From Carcharhinus amblyrhynchos (taxonomy: Eukaryota): 64,000 bases of DNA. The position numbers and the translations under genes were made by a program. Positions 11,463 through 23,510 of this stretch are shown here, one piece after another; positions within the stretch are counted from its first letter, which is position 1, and each line of letters starts with the position of its first letter. The notes under the pieces are model-generated. The model was not told where the DNA came from. It saw only the letters and a list, made by a program, of their open reading frames with translations, and did no database searches. The stretch is taken from positions 85,498,001-85,562,000 of the forward strand of contig OZ336877.1 in the NCBI GenBank assembly GCA_965287045.1, written 5' to 3'.

Positions 11463-12160
11463 ACTTTTTACTTAAATGTTTTAATGGGCCATTTTAATAC
11501 TTGTGTTGCATTCTGTAGATGTCTATGAGGAGCACAATCAAATATGGTGGCTTCATTTCCCACACGTGACAGGTTGGTTCACACATCTTCCATACTGGAT
11601 ATTTCAGTACCTGTTTTCCAAATGTAAAATGGGCACTAATTCAACAAATAATTAGCTGATAGATGTTTTCTTTAAGCATGTAACATAAGATTTTTAAAAA
11701 ATGAACTTGTATTCAAGTATTCCACCTAAATTTTTGCTTTGTTTTAAACTTTAAGCCAGCAGATGTGCAAGAAAGGCCAATCACTGCCCCTTTATTTCTC
11801 CACCTTTGCATAATTTGTTTCTAAATAAGTCAAACGTTGGTTTTGGAGAAGGGACAATTAGTAAAGATTAGAAATTAACAAAAAATTAAACCACAAAACC
11901 ATCATGCCAATCAAGAGTTCTTTTTTCACATATACTTTGATTATATTTTACATATTCTCTACTAGCTAACAATGGCATTTGTCTGGTGTGAATACGTAAA
12001 TGTATATATCCAAATCATTCTTTAAGCATTATTTCCTTCCATTGCCACCACCTTTCCTAATCTTGATGCACTAACCACATTTCTTTGCTCAATTAATTTC
12101 AACAGCTAAACAGCCAGCTTGTAATGTGCAAGAATAGCTTGGGTCAGTCCATTTATTTCC

Positions 12161-12194
12161 GCACCCTCAAGAAAGTACTCATTCTTGAGGGTGC
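12161..12194. repeat. 34-bp near-perfect palindrome
   Basis: GCACCCTCAAGAA-AGTACTCA-TTCTTGAGGGTGC: perfect 13-bp stem with the palindromic AGTACT in the loop. Confidence 0.95.
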
Positions 12195-13330
12195 TTTCAA
12201 GAATTTGGTTTCCCAAATTCTACCCCTCTGTACTACTTGGAAACAACATTTATTCTTGGCTAATTTTTGTGTTCTGACATATTTGGCTCATGAATTTGAC
12301 TTACTTATAGAAGCTACAATCGCTCAACATTGCTGTCCCTCATCGCTGATTTCAAAGAGAATTTTGCTGAGTTATTTAATGATCTCTTTGGTGACAGCTT
12401 TACCTCTCTCAACATGCAATTTATTGTAACATTCTTTAATACCAATTCCAAGCATTGAGCTGCAGTGATGTCATCAACTTGTCCAAGCAGTCAATTGCTT
12501 TAAGTAATTCTTATCGTCAGCCAACCAGGACATGGAAAGCATTAATAACCAACCACTTCTTAAAAAAATTACTGAGAGTGAAACAAAGATTGGAACATGT
12601 GGTTAAGTTTATAAGTTTTGTTTGGGGTTTATAGTGGACCACAGTAGAAGGTAGGATTACAATGAACAATCAAATAGATTCCATGCTTTACAACAGTCAC
12701 ATTCTTCTACTGTACCACAGAATAATAATATTCAAATAGTTCTCAGCTGTAAATGAGCTTTCCCTTAATCCACCACAGTATATGCAAAATAATTAACAGA
12801 ACAAATGTTAGAAATTTTGAGATGTTACATTCATATCTACATATAGACATTGTTGATTTCCTAGTAATCCCTCGATTAGTAATTGAGAAAAGCTTTGGAA
12901 ACCCAAGGAATCATTGGGCAGAATCTTATGAGATTTTAGCAGTATGTCAGTGCTGGCACCAATGCCAGCAGGATTTCTGACCAAATCTTGTGCCTCTTCA
13001 GGAAAAGTTTTATGCATGTGAGAATCATGCCACACTTGTGGTGTACTCCCTTTGACTTGTCCAACCTCAACAACTTAATCGCTGCAATCACGAGGAAATT
13101 CCTCCCCAACACTAGTTCCAGATCTATTCCAGGGGATGGCCATCAAGTAGTCCACACCTTGCTTTTCAAAAGGAGTCCTGAGCAATCTGCTGAATGGTGT
13201 ACAGCAGAAACGAGATGCACTCTACCCTCACGCCAGAAGAAGGCTTTCCAGTAAGGTCACTATCCCTGCCTGGGATGTTAGTGGCAGCCAGCTCACTCCA
13301 GAAGAAGACAGGACGGCAGTGAGAGAGGAA

Positions 13331-14078
13331 GGTAGAGTCATAGAGGTTTACAGCATGGAAACAGGCCCTTCGGCCTAACTTGTCCATGCCACCCTTTTAT
13401 TAAACCCCAAAGCTAGTCCCAATTGCCTGCATTTGGCCCATATCTCTCTATACCATTCTTACCCATGTAACTGTCTAAATGCCTTTTAAAAGGTAAAATT
13501 GTACCCGCCTCTACTACTACCTCTGGCAGCTTGTTCCAGACATTCACCACCCTATATGTGAAAAAATTGCCCATCTGGACAATTTTGTATCTCTCCCCTC
13601 TCACCTTAAACCTATGCCCTCTATTTTAGACTCCCCTACCTTTGGGAAAGGATATGGGCTACCTAGCTGATCCATGCCCCTTATTATTTTATGGACCTCT
13701 AGAAGTTCATCAGTCAGCCTTCAACGCTCCAGAGAAAAAAGTCCCAGTCTATCCAGCCTCTCCTTATAACTCAAACCATGAAGTCCTGGTAGCATCCTAG
13801 TAAATCTTTTCTGCACTTTTTTTAGTTTAATAATATCCTTTCTATAATACATAGAACATAGAACATTACAGCGCAGAACAGGCCGTTCGGCCCACGATGT
13901 TGCACCGACCAGTTAAAAAAAAACAATGACCCACTAATCTAAACCAATCCCTTTTCGTCCATAAACCTATCCACGGATCTCTTAAACGCCCCCAAACTAG
14001 GTGCATTTACAACTGCAGCAGGCAGGGCATTCCAATCCCTCACCATTGACCAGAACTGTACACAGTTCTGTACACAGA
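13331..14078 (-). mobile_element. CR1 3' fragment inserted in the Harbinger Myb exon
   Basis: ORF 13413-13604 (GNFFTYRVVNVWNKLPEVVVEAG) and a CTCTATGACTCTA tail. Confidence 0.9.
13849..14046 (-). mobile_element. Short young CR1 3' end nested in the older CR1
   Basis: Close reverse-complement match to 6370-6565 (same subfamily), with a (TTCTATG)n tail. Confidence 0.9.
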
Positions 14079-16331
14079 CAAACGATCTTCTTTACTCAGC
14101 CAGGGTAAGTAAACAACAGGCACTCTCTCTCTGGACCCCCTCGCACACCCCTCCCACTGCAATTTCATCCCTTATCCACCCACTTCAGGGATTGGCAACG
14201 CAAGGAACGAGGCCCTCCTCCCAACTCCCACAATCACCATGTTCTTCCTAGTAGCTGCTATGGTCCTCAAATTGCATGCTCCCTCTCAAGTCCCACACTT
14301 GCCACATGTCATCATCATCTTCAATCTCATTACTCTCACCTACAATTTCCTAGTATATCATTGGAAGACAAACTCAACCACAACAAGCGTGAGCAAGCAC
14401 ACCCAGCTGAAGTAATGCCAAAGCTCATGCGTTTCAAGGACAGAGCACTTGAGCTGGCCGAAGAGGAGGAAGACTGTGCCTGTGCTGCTGGTGAAGTTGA
14501 GGCTGCAGACAAATGTGAGAATTCTCGAGACATGCTGTCATCCCTCAAGTCTCAAGTGAGAAATCAGTTTTCTCTCCTTTATCCCTTGTAATGCAGTAAT
14601 GCCATTTCCCTTCTTTTACAGGCAAAGCAGCCCAGATCATCCTCATGGCCCCTGGACTCACTGGATACAAGTAGCTCAGAGGGAGATTTTTCAGACCCCA
14701 CTGTTGAAGATGCATCACAGCTGCCAGTTGTACCCGGCACCTGTGCAAATACTCACACTTCGGTAGGTTCATTAAGTAGGCAGGCCTCTGGGTCACTTAC
14801 TGGTGAGCACCTCACAGCTAAAGATCCACAGCAACAGAAACAGGGATGTCCAAGGGAACCAGTGTGGAGGGATGCCAAAGATCAGGACTCTGCTGTGTCC
14901 CCGGCCATTGACATGGCTCTGGGTCCGGTCACACCAGAATTGATGGAACTGCAAATATAGAGTTGTGAGCGTGAGGAAGGGCTGACAGTGTTCCTCCTCA
15001 GATTGTAAGTCTGGCTGGAGGGCTTTCATTGCCTTTAGTCTGAGAAGATTGTGCTTTCACTTCATCACAATGAGGCCAACACTGCAAGGATGGCGGGCAC
15101 AATGGAGACTATGGTACAGGACATGCGTGCCATGGCAAGAGTTGTCTACACCATGGTTCAGCTCATGACCTCAATATTTGAGCGCTCGAGCTCCATGTGC
15201 AGGGCTTCAACTGCATGGTGCAGGCACTAGAGGAATTAACAATGCCTGCACCAGAGGACAGCAGAGTTTCTGGACCTTACTCCAGTGTCCCCTCTATCCC
15301 CTGGAGGGGCACTAAAAGGAAGAAGATCATCTGGGGCACAGCTGCACTCTTCTACCCAGGAGATCCCAGGGGCGTCCAGCCCATCTGACTCTCCCCTCCC
15401 TGTCAGCAACACAGCTCCAGTCCCTCGCATTGAGGAGGTAACATTGTAACACCCATGCTGCCTGAAAGCAAGCCAGGATCCATATGGTCTAGGCCCACCA
15501 GGGGACACCTGTGAAGGTTATCTCAGGTAACAGGGCATGGAAGTCAACAGGCCTGTCCAATCTCAGCTGTGGATCCAGGGAAGCACCTAGACGTAGTACA
15601 AGGGAAAGGGGGGGCAGAAAGTTAAGGCACCTAGTTGGCACAGATGAAAATAGGTACAAGTGTAGAAAGGTCACCACTATATACTGTTCTAAAATAAAAT
15701 TCACTTTGTTCAGCCACAGAGCCTCTCGTGTCATTTGGTGCTGAAAGCTATTGGAGCCCTTTCGCACACCCAGTGCTCCATCCCTAGTGAGTGAAAGGAT
15801 GGCTGTGCTATGTCTTTCCTGCACTGAACTATAGATGCTCAGCTGCAGGCAAGCACCCCCCCAAGTCCCAGAAACTCTTCCCACATCCCATTCATTGAAG
15901 GCACATCCCTCCCCCACCCCACCCCCATCAAGGTTATAGCATTTCAAGAGTGCAACATTGCACCTGTATCCCAGAGGCCAAGGGGCTGTTGAAATGCTGA
16001 GAGCCTGTTGACCTTGGTGAAAGCTGAAACTGAGCACTTACCCCAAAAAGGCCTGCAGTTCCTGATGCTCATTTAAACCATTTATGAAGCCCACCCTGTG
16101 CTGGCTCATTGGCAGGGAACCTTCAGCTCTTTATTAGGCAGAAGTCAGACTTATCGCTGAGGATGAGAGGAGCAGCGTTCTGTCCTTGCAGCAAGTCATC
16201 ATTACTCTCCTGAAGTCTGGCCAATGGCTTCAGTCCCCTGCCCATGAAGACGTGCAACATTTAAAGTTTTAAAAGTTTTAAAGTATAAAGTATTTTTTAA
16301 AAAGTTAAAAAAAAACTGATGGAACTGCACT

Positions 16332-16575
16332 GCGGCATGGTGGCACAGTGGTTATCACTGCTCCTCACTGCACCAGGGGCCCGGCTTGGGTGACTCTCTG
16401 TGCAGAACTTGCATGTTTTCTCCATGTCGACATGGACTTCCTCTGGATGCTGCAGTTTCCTCCCACTTTCCGAAGAATGTGCTGGTTACTCAAACAGGTG
16501 CTGGAATGTGGCAACTCGGGGATTTTCACAGTAGCTTCATTGCAGTGTTAATGTGAGCCTACTTGTGACACTAAT
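16332..16575 (+). mobile_element. HE1-like SINE variant with non-CR1 tail (second copy)
   Basis: GCGGCATGGTGGCACAGTGGTT head. Tail CAGGTGCTGGAATGTGGCAACTCGGGGATTTTCACAGTAGCTTCATTGCAGTGTTAATGTGAGCCTACTTGTGACACTAAT. Confidence 0.85.
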
Positions 16576-16755
16576 CATAGAATCATGGAATCCTGCAGTG
16601 CAGAAGGAGGCCATTTGGCCCATCAAATCTGCACCAATCACAATCCTATCCAGGCCCTATCCCTATACCTCATGCATTTGCCATAGCTAGTCCCCCTGAC
16701 ACGAAGGGGCAATTTAGCATAGTCAATTCACCTAATCCACACATCTTTTGACTGA
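16576..16755 (-). mobile_element. HE1 SINE 3' half inserted in the tail of the preceding SINE
   Basis: CATAGAATCATGGAATCC tail and GGGGCAATTTAGCAT core. The host tail AACAAACTTTAAACT resumes afterwards. Confidence 0.8.
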
Positions 16756-16799
16756 ACAAACTTTAAACTGCCTTCCTCCTCTTGCTCAGCTTTGCTACA

Positions 16800-17560
16800 A
16801 TAGCCTCCTTCCTTAACATCCTCCTCATCCAAGGAAATGTGGCACTTGCCCATCTCCTCCTGTACCAGTTGGTGTCACCCTTTGTAGCGCTAAGTTATCA
16901 AGTGCATAACAAAGCACCATAATGCAGGAGAACTTCTGGAAGGGGGGGGCAGAATATATTGTAGGGCACCCCCTGACCAGTCAGGAACTGGAACTACAAC
17001 TTCAGCAGTTCAATGGCCTGCTCCATTAGCACAGCATTGAATCATAGAATACGTGATGTATTTACCTCACTAATCCCCTGACTTACGTATCTTGGGACCC
17101 TAACCTGCATATCTTTGAACTGTGGGAGGAAACCAGAAAAACCAGGAAGAAATCCATGCAGACACATGAAGTATGAGCTTCAATGTGTCGAGTGTCCTGT
17201 GGTGGTTCTGGCCTCTGGATTGGCATCATCAGACAGAAGTTTGATGTGGCTGTGACTTTAAGGGGCACAGGCATTGGGTGTACTCCAATTCCATGAGGTG
17301 CCAGCTCATGCAGTATATGGCAGAGGTGGTTCACTATCTCCCAGGACAGATGCAGCCTTCTCTGGTATGGAGGTCCAGACGTCTGAAGGTATGAACATCT
17401 TTGCAGGAAGATTCTAGGCTGGTATGTCTTTGACCCTATGTTCTGCTCACTGGACAACTGCAGGACTCTGGTCCTGAGTACATGCAGCAACAGGCCTTTG
17501 TCTCTGCTGCTGGTCAACTTTGATTAGCAGAAAGACCAACTCCACAGGCTCCATGATTCT
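16800..17560 (-). pseudogene. Harbinger DDE nuclease relic, with an HE1 fragment at ~17037-17170
   Basis: RRLHLSWEIVNHLCHIL...PMPVPLKVTATSNF (ORF 17083-17517) and VLMEQAIELLKL*F...WSGGALQY...CYALDNLALQR. Confidence 0.85.
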
Positions 17561-18483
17561 CCTGAATCATGTGCTAAAAGATTGAAAATACCAAGGGAGC
17601 TATGGAGAGTCTTACTATAGCCCTGACCCTCATCCATCCCCATGCCTCTGTGACTTCCACCCAAGTGCTTCCCATTCACTGAGTTAATATCTGCTCTCTG
17701 CTGCAATATCCCCTTTGACACAACGGCCACATCACCACATTATTTCCTGTGTAAATCACAAGGGTGAATACTGCTGAGCCTCCATTTTCTCCCTGCATCT
17801 GACCTGGCCTTTCACTACCCACCAGTGTGGCAAGAGTCACCCCCACCCCTGGCCCCAAGCTCCATTTATCTGTGTCCTCAGCCATTTCCTTGGTGCCCTT
17901 GAGTGTTGGGATAGGCTGAAGAGAAATGGCTGCCTGAGTGCTCACCTCTGATATCCCCAGTGTAAGTGAAAGCACCACATTCATGCTTATTTGGAGCTGT
18001 TGTAAATGGCACTGGCGTGTCGTCACATTGGAGCTTGCTGAATATTAGGTGCAGACTCAATATCCAGTGTTCAATAATGAGGTGTTTAGTATGGAAGTGA
18101 GGTTCCCGATGTCCCACAGTGTATTCTGCATCATTCTGCCAGCAGGCCTGCTGCAAAATTGCAAAATGCCATCCCGCCAATGAGGATCGCGTTTTTCAAA
18201 ACTCTGGATTTTGAGAGTGCACTGCCATTCTTGAGCACAGAGAGTTTGGGCTCATGATTCTGCCCATTGTGGGCAGAGATGTGAGCTCTTCGGAACTGAG
18301 TGTAGGCCAAACATTGCAAAAAGAAAATAGCTTTAGGACCCTGAATGGAAATACTGGGAAGTAGCGTGAGTGTCAAACACAATTCAAGCCACTGCTGTTA
18401 TATCTACCTAAATAGTAAAATTCTTAAAAGGTTGATTGTCTACTCCAAAAGAAGTAGAAGTCCTGCTATATAATTTGCTATTT

Positions 18484-18716
18484 GTGTGAGAGAGAACGAG
18501 AGAGCACAAGAGAGGGGAAGAAAGCATGAATGAGTGCGAAAGTGCGAGCAAGCGAGTGTGAGGTGAAGAGAGCAACTGAGAATGAGAGAATGAGGGAGAG
18601 TGAAGCAGAGAGAGCGAGCTACCAAGAATGAGGCAGAGTGATCAGTGAATGAGGGTGAAGCAGAGAGAACAAGTGAGGGTGAGGTGGAGGGAGTGAACAA
18701 GTGTGAGTATGCGTGC
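18484..18716 (+). repeat. Degenerate (GA)n/GAGT purine-rich simple repeat
   Basis: GAGAGAGAACGAGAGAGC...GAGTGTGAG pattern. Confidence 0.8.
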
Positions 18717-18750
18717 GAGTCTCATTTCCAGTGTTAGTATTCTCAGTTAC

Positions 18751-19210
18751 CTTCATCCCCGCATACCAACATATACTTTCAACACTCTCTCCGCTGGTGA
18801 GGGTGTGAGTAAACCCTCACAGGGGGTAAGGATATACACAGTTACCCTCTTGCTCTCTAACGGTCATTTTTATGAAGTACCCTTTTAAATTATCAATTTA
18901 TTGTTTTGGCATTATTTTTATTAAGCAACTTGTTTCTCTTTTATATCGTGAACTTTTATTTTGAAACTCATATATCATATCTGCTCATTGGCCCCTCGAG
19001 TGAGAAAAAATGAAAATGTCATCTCACGTGAAAAAGGTTGCACAAACCTGGCTTATACTACCAAGTAATACAAATAATCCACTCACCCTTCTTAGTGCCA
19101 TCTCCCTGACCAGAATGCCGTCTTTCTATTGGTCGTTCTTGTCCTTTAAGATCTTGTTTGCTTCTAAATATTGGGGCATCACTCCACTTGGTTTCCCGTT
19201 GTGCATATCC
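18751..19210. promoter_or_regulatory. Candidate promoter / first-exon region in unique DNA
   Basis: CCAAT boxes on the minus strand (18987-18991, 19128-19132), E-box CACGTG (19025-19030), scattered retained CpGs, and minus-strand donors AAG|GTAACT (18750) and AGG|GTGAGT (19086). Confidence 0.25.
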
Positions 19211-19668
19211 ACTTGAAATAGTCTGCAAAGTTTTAAATAACGGTTACTTCTAATAATAGGCTGCATCATTCATTTATCTGCAGGCTGCTGGGAGAAAAAC
19301 AAATTTGCAAGGCACAGAAAAAAACTGAAAAGATCAAACAAGATTCTTTTTAAACATATCCTTTCCCCTCACTCCCAATTTATGAACAGCAATTACTACA
19401 ATCCTTTAAACCTGCCACTCCCATCAGTCATACGTGGGAAGCTCAAAGTTCCTATCTGCCCACTGCTACTAATGTTCTTGGCTATTATTCTAAAATTTTG
19501 CACTTTTCAACTGAATGAAGCTGGTAAATTGTGGGTTTACCACAAGGAAAATGACTATGAAAACCAACAATTATCCTGGATATTGGTTTAAAAATTGTCT
19601 TTCATGGAACCTCAGCTACCCGTGCTCTGGCCTACTTATCGCTCCAGTCTCTCACATTTTGGTTAACA

Positions 19669-19885
19669 GAAGCTGGGATTTTCTAGCCCCTCTGAAGCGA
19701 GCTTTCTGGAGGCAGAGGACGATCACCACTGGCTGCTGGTGGGATCTTCTGGTCCCACTGAAGTCTATATAACATTTTGTATGGCTTGCCTGCCCTGCTG
19801 CTGGGGAACCCACCGAGGGGGGACGGGATCGCCTTCAATGGGACCAGAAAATCTCACTGGCAGGAAGAGCAAGAAAATCCTGCCC
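19669..19885. mobile_element. Harbinger-type MITE
   Basis: Ends GCTGGGATTTTCT...AGAAAATCCTGCCC, with internal inverted repeats GATCTTCTGGTCCCACTGAAG / CTTCAATGGGACCAGAAAATC. Confidence 0.7.
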
Positions 19886-19989
19886 AAAGTTGCAAAAACT
19901 TCCTATTTTACCTTCTCAGGTACCTAGGTTTGGGCAGAAAATATAGGCTTCCCAGTGATGGCCACATCTCAAGAACAAAAAAAAATGAC

Positions 19990-21105
19990 ATAAGACCGCA
20001 AGACCACAAGAAATAGAAACAGGAGTGGGCCATTCAATCCTGAAAGCCTGCTCCACCATGCAATAGGAGTTTCAAAGACTCACAACCCTCTGAGGATAAA
20101 TTCCTCCTCACCTCAATCTCAAATTGGTGCCCCTTTATTCAGAGACTATTCCCTCTGGTGCTGGATTCTCTCATGAGGGGAAACATCCTGGCAGCATTTA
20201 CCCTGTCATGCCCCTTAAGAATCCTACAGGGGTGATTTTACCAGCTTGTCCTGATGCTCGATAGGTAAGCCAAGTCAGTAAGATTGCGAAAGACGCAAAA
20301 ATCGGGTTTGTGCAAACTCCACACAGTTACCCAAGGCCAGAATTGAACCCAGGTCCCTGGCGCTGGGAGGCAGCAGTGCTAGTCACTGTACCACCATGCT
20401 GCCCTACTGTTTGTATCCCTCTCACAATTTGCTTTTCCACAATTTTTATATCATCTGTAAATGTGGCAACAGTACATTTGCTTCATTCCCCCAAGTCATT
20501 AATATATAGCTGTGGTCCCAGCACTGATCCTTGTGGAACCCCACTGGTTAGAGGTCACCAAACTGAAAAAGAACCACTCGCTGTTTTCTGCTCATTGGCC
20601 AATTCTCTATCCATGCCACAATGCTACCTTCAAAATCACTGGCTCTTATGACATAACCTTTTGTGAGGTACCTTGTTGAACACCTTCTGGAAGGCAGAAT
20701 ACAACACATCTACTGGTTCTTCTCTATTCACTCTGGTTGAGACTTCCTTGAAAAACTCTAATAAATTAGCGAGATATGACTTCCCTTTCATGAAGACATG
20801 CTGATTCAGTTTAACTAAATTATGATTTTCTAAATATGTTGCAATTACTTCTTTAATAATTGATTCCAACATTTTTCCAACAATAGATGTTAGACTAATT
20901 GTCCTATAGTTATCCCTTTTTGCCTCCCTTTTTATATAGCGTTGTCATATGGGTGATTTTCCAATCCTCTGGTACTTCTCCAGAATCCAAGGATTTTTGG
21001 AAAATTACAACCAATGCATCCACTATCTATGTAGTCAATTCTTTTAGGATCTTAGGATGCAAATTATCAGGGCCAGGGTCTAGGGGGCTTATCTGCCTTT
21101 AGCCT
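19990..21105 (-). mobile_element. CR1 LINE fragments, interrupted by a MITE end (~20228-20307) and an antisense HE1 head (~20308-20405)
   Basis: ORF 20636-20872 (LESIIKEVI...QHVFMKGKSYLANLLEFF...FQKVFNKVPHKRL) and a CR1 tail at ~19990. Confidence 0.85.
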
Positions 21106-21694
21106 CACTAGTTTTGCACAACGCACCCAACTAAACCTGAATGCTCTCGACAATAACATTGGCTGAAAATTTGCATCGGAAATAACGCAAGGCTTCAGCG
21201 CTCACCATCTTTTAAAAATAGCTACTTCAGGCATCTGCACACACGTCAACATATGAATCAGGAAGTTGCTGTCTGAGTTGTCGTGCTCCACCAAATGACT
21301 TGCCTTAACCATATCTTACCGAGAAACTTTCATTCAGATAAAAGGGTGTATAGTTGTTGTACTTACCCATTAGATACTCACACATTGAAAATAATTATGA
21401 CTTGTCCATTCAAGTGTAAGCAAAGTTTAAAACAATGTGATGAATCTTAATGAATGCCAAAATACCTCTCTGCCACCAAAAATTTATTTTTAAATATATG
21501 GAATCACATTTCTTCAGATTTTAATTATTGTCAGTTTTTTTTAAATTTAGAAACACAAAATATTTTTTCTAAATTTTTCTTGGCTTCCCTCTTCATGAAT
21601 TCTTTATTTCCCTCTCTTTAGTTTTCTTTTTGTACACAATGTGACATTGAATTAAATATTCTAACTTATACCAAAATATATGCAAAATTCTGTG

Positions 21695-23510
21695 GGGGCT
21701 ACTGGATATCGGAAATAAAAACAAATAGTGCTGGAAAATCTCAGCACGTCTGACAGCATCTGTGAACAAAGAGTTGACATTTTGACTCTATATGACTTCT
21801 TCAGAACTGAAGGTAAAGGTGAGAGGAGCAAGTGGAGCAAAGATGGAGGTCAGAGCAGAGGAGATGAATAGACAAAGATATCATGGAACACAAGGCATAG
21901 TGGTGGTAATTACAGTCCTAAGGACACATAGCATTGGTCCACAGTGTGTCTTAATAATGGTATAAAGGTCAGCAGTGTCTGAAAACCAAACAGCAGAGAT
22001 GCCAATAGCAGAACGAAGGTCAGTGCTGTCTGAATGCAAACATATGAGAATGGTACAGACAGGCACTTAGGGGAAAGATATTCAAAATAAAGGATACACT
22101 TCCCACTGCCTCAGCAAAGCATCCAGCATAATTAAGGACCCCATTCACCCCGGACATTCTCTTTTCCACTTTCTTCCATCAGGAAAAAGATACAAAAGCT
22201 TGAGGTCACGTACCAACCAACTCAAGAACAGCTTCTTCCCTGCTGCTGTCAGACTTCTGAATGGACTTACCTTACATTAAGTTGATCCTTCTGTATACCC
22301 TAGCTATGACTGTAATACTGCTTTCTGCACTCTCTTGTTTCCTTTTCTATAAATTGTATGCCTTGTCTATATACTGTGCAAGAAGCAATACTTTTCACTG
22401 TATGCTAATACATGTGACAATAATAAATCAAAAATAATTCATGGTTTGCAGTTGTTTAACTCAATATTATGTTCAGAAGGGTGTAAAGCACATATTTGAA
22501 AGATGAGGTGCTGTTCCTCCAGCTTGCATTGGGCTTCATTGGACTATTGTATAAAAAGGACATAAATTGAGCATGAGAGCTCAATTGAATTGAATAACAA
22601 GCAATCAGAAAGTTAACTGAATGATGGTATTCCACAAAGCAGTCACCCAGTCTGCATTTGGACTCTCCAATATACGAGAAACTGCATTGTGAGCAGCAAA
22701 TGCAATAGACTAAATTGAAAATTCAACTGAATCGCTGCTTCACCTGGAAGGCATGTTTGAGGTCTTGGACAGTGAGGACACAAGCAGAAAAGGGTAGGTG
22801 TTACACATCCAATGATTGCATGATAAGGTGCCATGGAATGACGATCAGGTTTTGGGGGCGATAGACGAGTGAAGCAGGGTATCACAGAGAGAACAGTCCC
22901 TTCAGAATACTGACAGGGGTTGGGAAGCAAAGTTGTATTTGGTGGGTGGCACATTTCTGTTCCAGCAAAGCCCAATGCAAGTTGGAGGAACAGCACCTCA
23001 TCTTCTGATTGGGCCATTTAAAGCTTTATGGATTCAACAGCGAATTCGACAAATTCAGATCATAACATCTGCCTCCATTTTTAATTTCTTCCTCCCTTAC
23101 AATCCCCACCCTGCCAAGCGGTAGACTATATCTTGGGCTCATGTTTTTGCTTTCAGACAGCACTGAACTTTATTCTAATGTTCTGCTATTTTGCTTTCAG
23201 ACAGCACCCACCTGTATTCTACTCTCGTACCTATTCTGAACCAGTGTTTTTTGTCTTTAATACTATCATTAACATTCCCTTTGCCTTGTATTCTATGGCA
23301 TATTAATCACTTAGTCATTCCCACTCTCTAACCTATCCCTGGCCTTTACTTTTGCTTCACCTACCCTTTACTCTGTTTTCAACAGCACAAAACCCATCAT
23401 ATTCCCACCTCTCTTCAGTTTCAAGGAGTCATATTGGATTTCAAACATCTCACTCCACAGCTGCTGCAAGACCTGCTGAGTTTTTCCAGCAGTTTCTGTT
23501 TTTATTATAA
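21695..23510. mobile_element. Penelope-like element pair, head-to-head, with pLTR ends facing outward
   Basis: Left end AATAAAAACAAATAGTGCTGGAAAATCTCAGCA mirrors right end TGCTGAGTTTTTCCAGCAGTTTCTGTTTTTATT. The GIY-YIG tail segment (KLEEQHLIF) is on - at ~22500 and on + at ~22980. Confidence 0.8.
22095..22435 (+). mobile_element. Rex1/Babar-like LINE 3' fragment
   Basis: SIIKDPIHPGHSLF..LPSGKRY...KNSFFP motif and ACATGTGACAATAATAAATCAAA tail. Confidence 0.8.

Larger units (their letters stand above)
13135..15620 (+). pseudogene. Harbinger Myb/SANT-like DNA-binding protein gene relic, spliced
   Basis: PCFSKGVLSNLLNGVQQKRDALYP...KVTIPAWD, then after the CR1 insertion TNDLLYSAR with a GTAAGT donor (~14106). 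Next exon DKLNHNKREQ...FKDRALELAEEEED (14361-14560). The 3' limit is approximate. Confidence 0.75.
12916..18265. mobile_element. Full-length decayed PIF/Harbinger transposon with convergent Myb/SANT and nuclease genes
   Basis: TIRs GGGCAGAATC (12916) and GATTCTGCCC (ends 18265), both flanked by ATT. Both Harbinger protein relics lie inside. Confidence 0.85.

Noticed and set aside
18751-18866. Selenoprotein-like frame with in-frame TGA (MTVREQ...YPL*GFTH) on the minus strand
   Set aside because: No similarity to a selenoprotein family I recognise and no SECIS evidence.
21110-21690. Conserved non-coding or gene-like segment
   Set aside because: It appears to continue after the Penelope pair at ~23505 and looks like an old unclassified repeat. 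No supportable call.
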